Assembly: GCA_036478875.1 (NCBI GenBank) | Contig: JAZGEW010000025.1 | Location: 10,132-74,131 of the forward strand | DNA from: Promethearchaeia archaeon | GTDB lineage: Archaea; Asgardarchaeota; Lokiarchaeia; Sigyniarchaeales; SOKP01 | DNA: 64,000 bases | Direction: 5' to 3' | Shown here: positions 61,554 to 64,000 of the stretch, piece by piece | How positions within the stretch are numbered: position 1 is the stretch's first letter | Layout: each line of letters starts with the position of its first letter | Translations under genes and position numbers: made by a program | The notes under the pieces: generated by a model | What the model saw: the letters and a program-made list of their open reading frames with translations, nothing else | Database searches by the model: none | What the model was told of the DNA's origin: nothing

Positions 61554-62144
61554 TTATGGCAATCGATCGTAATCTAATTTATTTTTGTTTAAAATTCTAA
61601 TAACTAGTTCCTTAAAGATTAATTGGATATTATAATCCTCCTTTGATGAAGTCTTACAAAAATCATTTTCTTCATGTCTTTCCATGAACCTATTAATTAC
61701 TAAATCATCTACTTTAGATTTCTCATCTACAGTTTTAACAAGATCATTTTTAGCTCCAATACACATTCTTACAGTATTTGCTTGATTATAATCTTCTAAT
61801 TTCTCATACCACCAGTCTAATCTTAGCAGGGTTTGAAGATCTATCAAATTAAACACCATGAAAATGCCATTAGCTCCATTAATATAATACGGAAATAATT
61901 TTTTGAATTGTTCTCGTCCACCAAAATCCCAGATACTAATTCGAACGAATGTATTCTCTCCATCCACAATAACAGGAAGATCTCTTGTATAAAACTCAAT
62001 TCCTAGAGTTTCTTTAGTATTCACATCAAATGTATTGAAACATAATCTTCTTGCAATACACGTTTTCCCTACACGCTCTTGACCAAGAATGCAAACTTTA
62101 AAGATATAAATAGGTTTTTTATCAATCTCCTGGGCATTTTGCAT
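61554..62144 (-). CDS. Rab-like small GTPase with degenerate motifs
   Basis: GQERVGKT, WDFGGRE, AKND and TSSK. Confidence 0.85.
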   Translation of the reverse strand: MQNAQEIDKKPIYIFKVCILGQERVGKTCIARRLCFNTFDVNTKETLGIEFYTRDLPVIVDGENTFVRISIWDFGGREQFKKLFPYYINGANGIFMVFNLIDLQTLLRLDWWYEKLEDYNQANTVRMCIGAKNDLVKTVDEKSKVDDLVINRFMERHEENDFCKTSSKEDYNIQLIFKELVIRILNKNKLDYDRLP

Positions 62145-62310
62145 GATTGGGTTAATCTCCTGATTCTATTTTTATGTTAAGTATTAGTTTTCTTATAATT
62201 TTTTATAGTACATGATCTATAATTAAATAAAACTAAACTTAATAATTAAAAATAAAAGCTCGGATTTATAAGTTTTGAACATATAAATATAAATCGGTGT
62301 CAAATAGGTT

Positions 62311-62775
62311 TTGAATGAAAAAGAGTTATTCTCAGATTATGAACCAAAAACAACTCCAGATACGGTTCATGACTATTTACGAAATCCAGAGTCATTTGTA
62401 TTTGAAATAATGGAGGAAATCGGACAGCCAAGCTTAGATAAACTAAAAACATTCATCGATTATTTCATTAAATACAAGACTAAGGCAGAACATAATCCTG
62501 GTGGTTATCAGGAAGGTAATATCGCAATCGGTGCTGACCCAGATCAATACTATCCTTCTGAAGAAGAGATCCTTGTTTCTGAATTAGGGAAAATGATACA
62601 AAACATTATAGATTCAAATTCAAAAAAAATCATAGATAAGAGTAAAGAAAAAGATGGAATTAACTCTCAAACACTAATATTTAACGAAATTTACTTCCGA
62701 CATGTAGATGTAATGGGTTCTGGACGGTTTTTCTATGCTGAGAAAAAGAAATCTGAAATTAAATTAAGAATATGA
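62311..62775 (+). CDS. Hypothetical protein
   Basis: 154-aa ORF with TTG start and protein-like composition. Confidence 0.65.
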   Translation: MNEKELFSDYEPKTTPDTVHDYLRNPESFVFEIMEEIGQPSLDKLKTFIDYFIKYKTKAEHNPGGYQEGNIAIGADPDQYYPSEEEILVSELGKMIQNIIDSNSKKIIDKSKEKDGINSQTLIFNEIYFRHVDVMGSGRFFYAEKKKSEIKLRI

Positions 62776-62817
62776 AAACTCTATGTTCGTTCACTCAATT
62801 TTTAAGAACTGATATTC

Positions 62818-63879
62818 TTATTTTGTAGATTTTAAATTCACTTTTCCCTTAGAAATAATTTCTACATAAGATGGTTGCATATGTTGCCAAGATCCACTAT
62901 TCAATATTTCTACTTCCTGATTGTTTATATTTCCATAAGATACTCCACTATGATGAGTATGTCCATATATAACATGGTTAATTTTTGAAAAGTCATATTC
63001 ATCATCCTCTAAGAATTCTTTTATTTCATCGAAATAATAATCAGGATTACTTGCCCGTTCCCATTTTTTCATAATACGCATGTTAGTTTTAATTAGGTTA
63101 AATTCCAAATTACTTAATTCTGAAAAAAGTACATCTATTGACTCAATAGACATATTTTTAAGTTTTACTAACTCTTGTTTCATCTGTTTTAATGTAATCG
63201 GTTTGATTTTTCTTCCCTCCTTAATGACTTCATTCCAAAAATAATCGTAAGTTTCTTTTACTTCAAACTTTTTATTAGAAATTAAGGATTTCCATATTTG
63301 TCCTATAAAAAATCGATGTATATCACTATCAAATTGATAACCATGTGTCATAAAACAACTATAGTCGGTGTCTAAATCAAGTCCCTCAATTTTTATTTTC
63401 TTAATTGGATTATTTTCAATTTGATCTCGTGAATCGTATAATAGGAGCATATCTTCGTTGTTCCACTTTTTTAATAGTAAATATTGACAATATAACTCTA
63501 CATTAAATAATTCACTGAGATCACTATTCTTAAATTTGAGCAAAAACTTAAGTTCTCGACGTTTAAATTTTTCGTCGTAATCTCCAGTAACAGGAATTTC
63601 ATGATTCCCAAGGACAAATATGAGATTAATTGATTTTTTAATATCTAGTAAAAGTGTGAAGATTTCTTGGATTTTTTCCCTTTTTAAAATACGTTCAGGA
63701 ATATCCATACATAAATCAATAAAATCCCCTAGTATTATAAGAGCTTGTAGTTCATTCCCGAACCCTCCACTAATAATGTCTTTTAAAAATTGAATAAATA
63801 ACTCTCTTTCACTATCCAAAGAGCCTAAGTGAACGTCTGAAGCAACTAAAATTATAGGTTTGATTTCACCCATTTTCAA
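62818..63879 (-). CDS. Calcineurin-like metallophosphoesterase
   Basis: SDVHLG, GDFID, GNHE, THG, GHTH and NSGSW. Confidence 0.9.
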   Translation of the reverse strand: MKMGEIKPIILVASDVHLGSLDSERELFIQFLKDIISGGFGNELQALIILGDFIDLCMDIPERILKREKIQEIFTLLLDIKKSINLIFVLGNHEIPVTGDYDEKFKRRELKFLLKFKNSDLSELFNVELYCQYLLLKKWNNEDMLLLYDSRDQIENNPIKKIKIEGLDLDTDYSCFMTHGYQFDSDIHRFFIGQIWKSLISNKKFEVKETYDYFWNEVIKEGRKIKPITLKQMKQELVKLKNMSIESIDVLFSELSNLEFNLIKTNMRIMKKWERASNPDYYFDEIKEFLEDDEYDFSKINHVIYGHTHHSGVSYGNINNQEVEILNSGSWQHMQPSYVEIISKGKVNLKSTK

Positions 63880-64000
63880 TTATCCTTTTTATACATGAAT
63901 TGTTAATATCTAATTATAATAGAATACACTAGAATTATTAAAGAGAATTGTCTAAATCTAAAAAATAAAATTTATATATCATATTTACCAGAATCAATAA

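Noticed and set aside
1-64000. CRISPR arrays, rRNA/tRNA genes, integrases, inteins
   Set aside because: None recognised by eye. Small RNAs or further stop-free micro-introns could have been missed without computation.

Overview
AT-rich archaeal chromosomal window, most consistent with an Asgard archaeon of the Lokiarchaeia type. That call rests on four small Rab/Arf-like GTPases, an LRR protein and archaeal information-processing genes (split rpoA'/A'', aIF5B, aIF2alpha, PCNA, PriS/PriL, GINS, Csl4, AglB). Most of the window is housekeeping. The main discovery is that both translation elongation factor genes (EF-2 family, 3571..5853, and EF-1alpha, 27878..29215) are interrupted at highly conserved motifs by a 30-nt insert that carries an in-frame stop codon. 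Each insert folds into a bulge-helix-bulge (BHB) structure. Cutting at the canonical tRNA-splicing-endonuclease positions restores the conserved protein exactly, so these are candidate BHB-type mRNA micro-introns in essential Asgard genes. Secondary observations: an AOR gene broken at an A_AAA_AAC slippery site, a GTPase with no canonical start codon, an HTH/ATP-cone/degenerate-NrdD fusion, an HTH-RHH-LRR protein inserted in the rpoA-rps12 operon, a 14-bp motif shared upstream of three adjacent membrane-protein genes, and rearranged conserved gene clusters. All calls come from reading the sequence; no searches were run.
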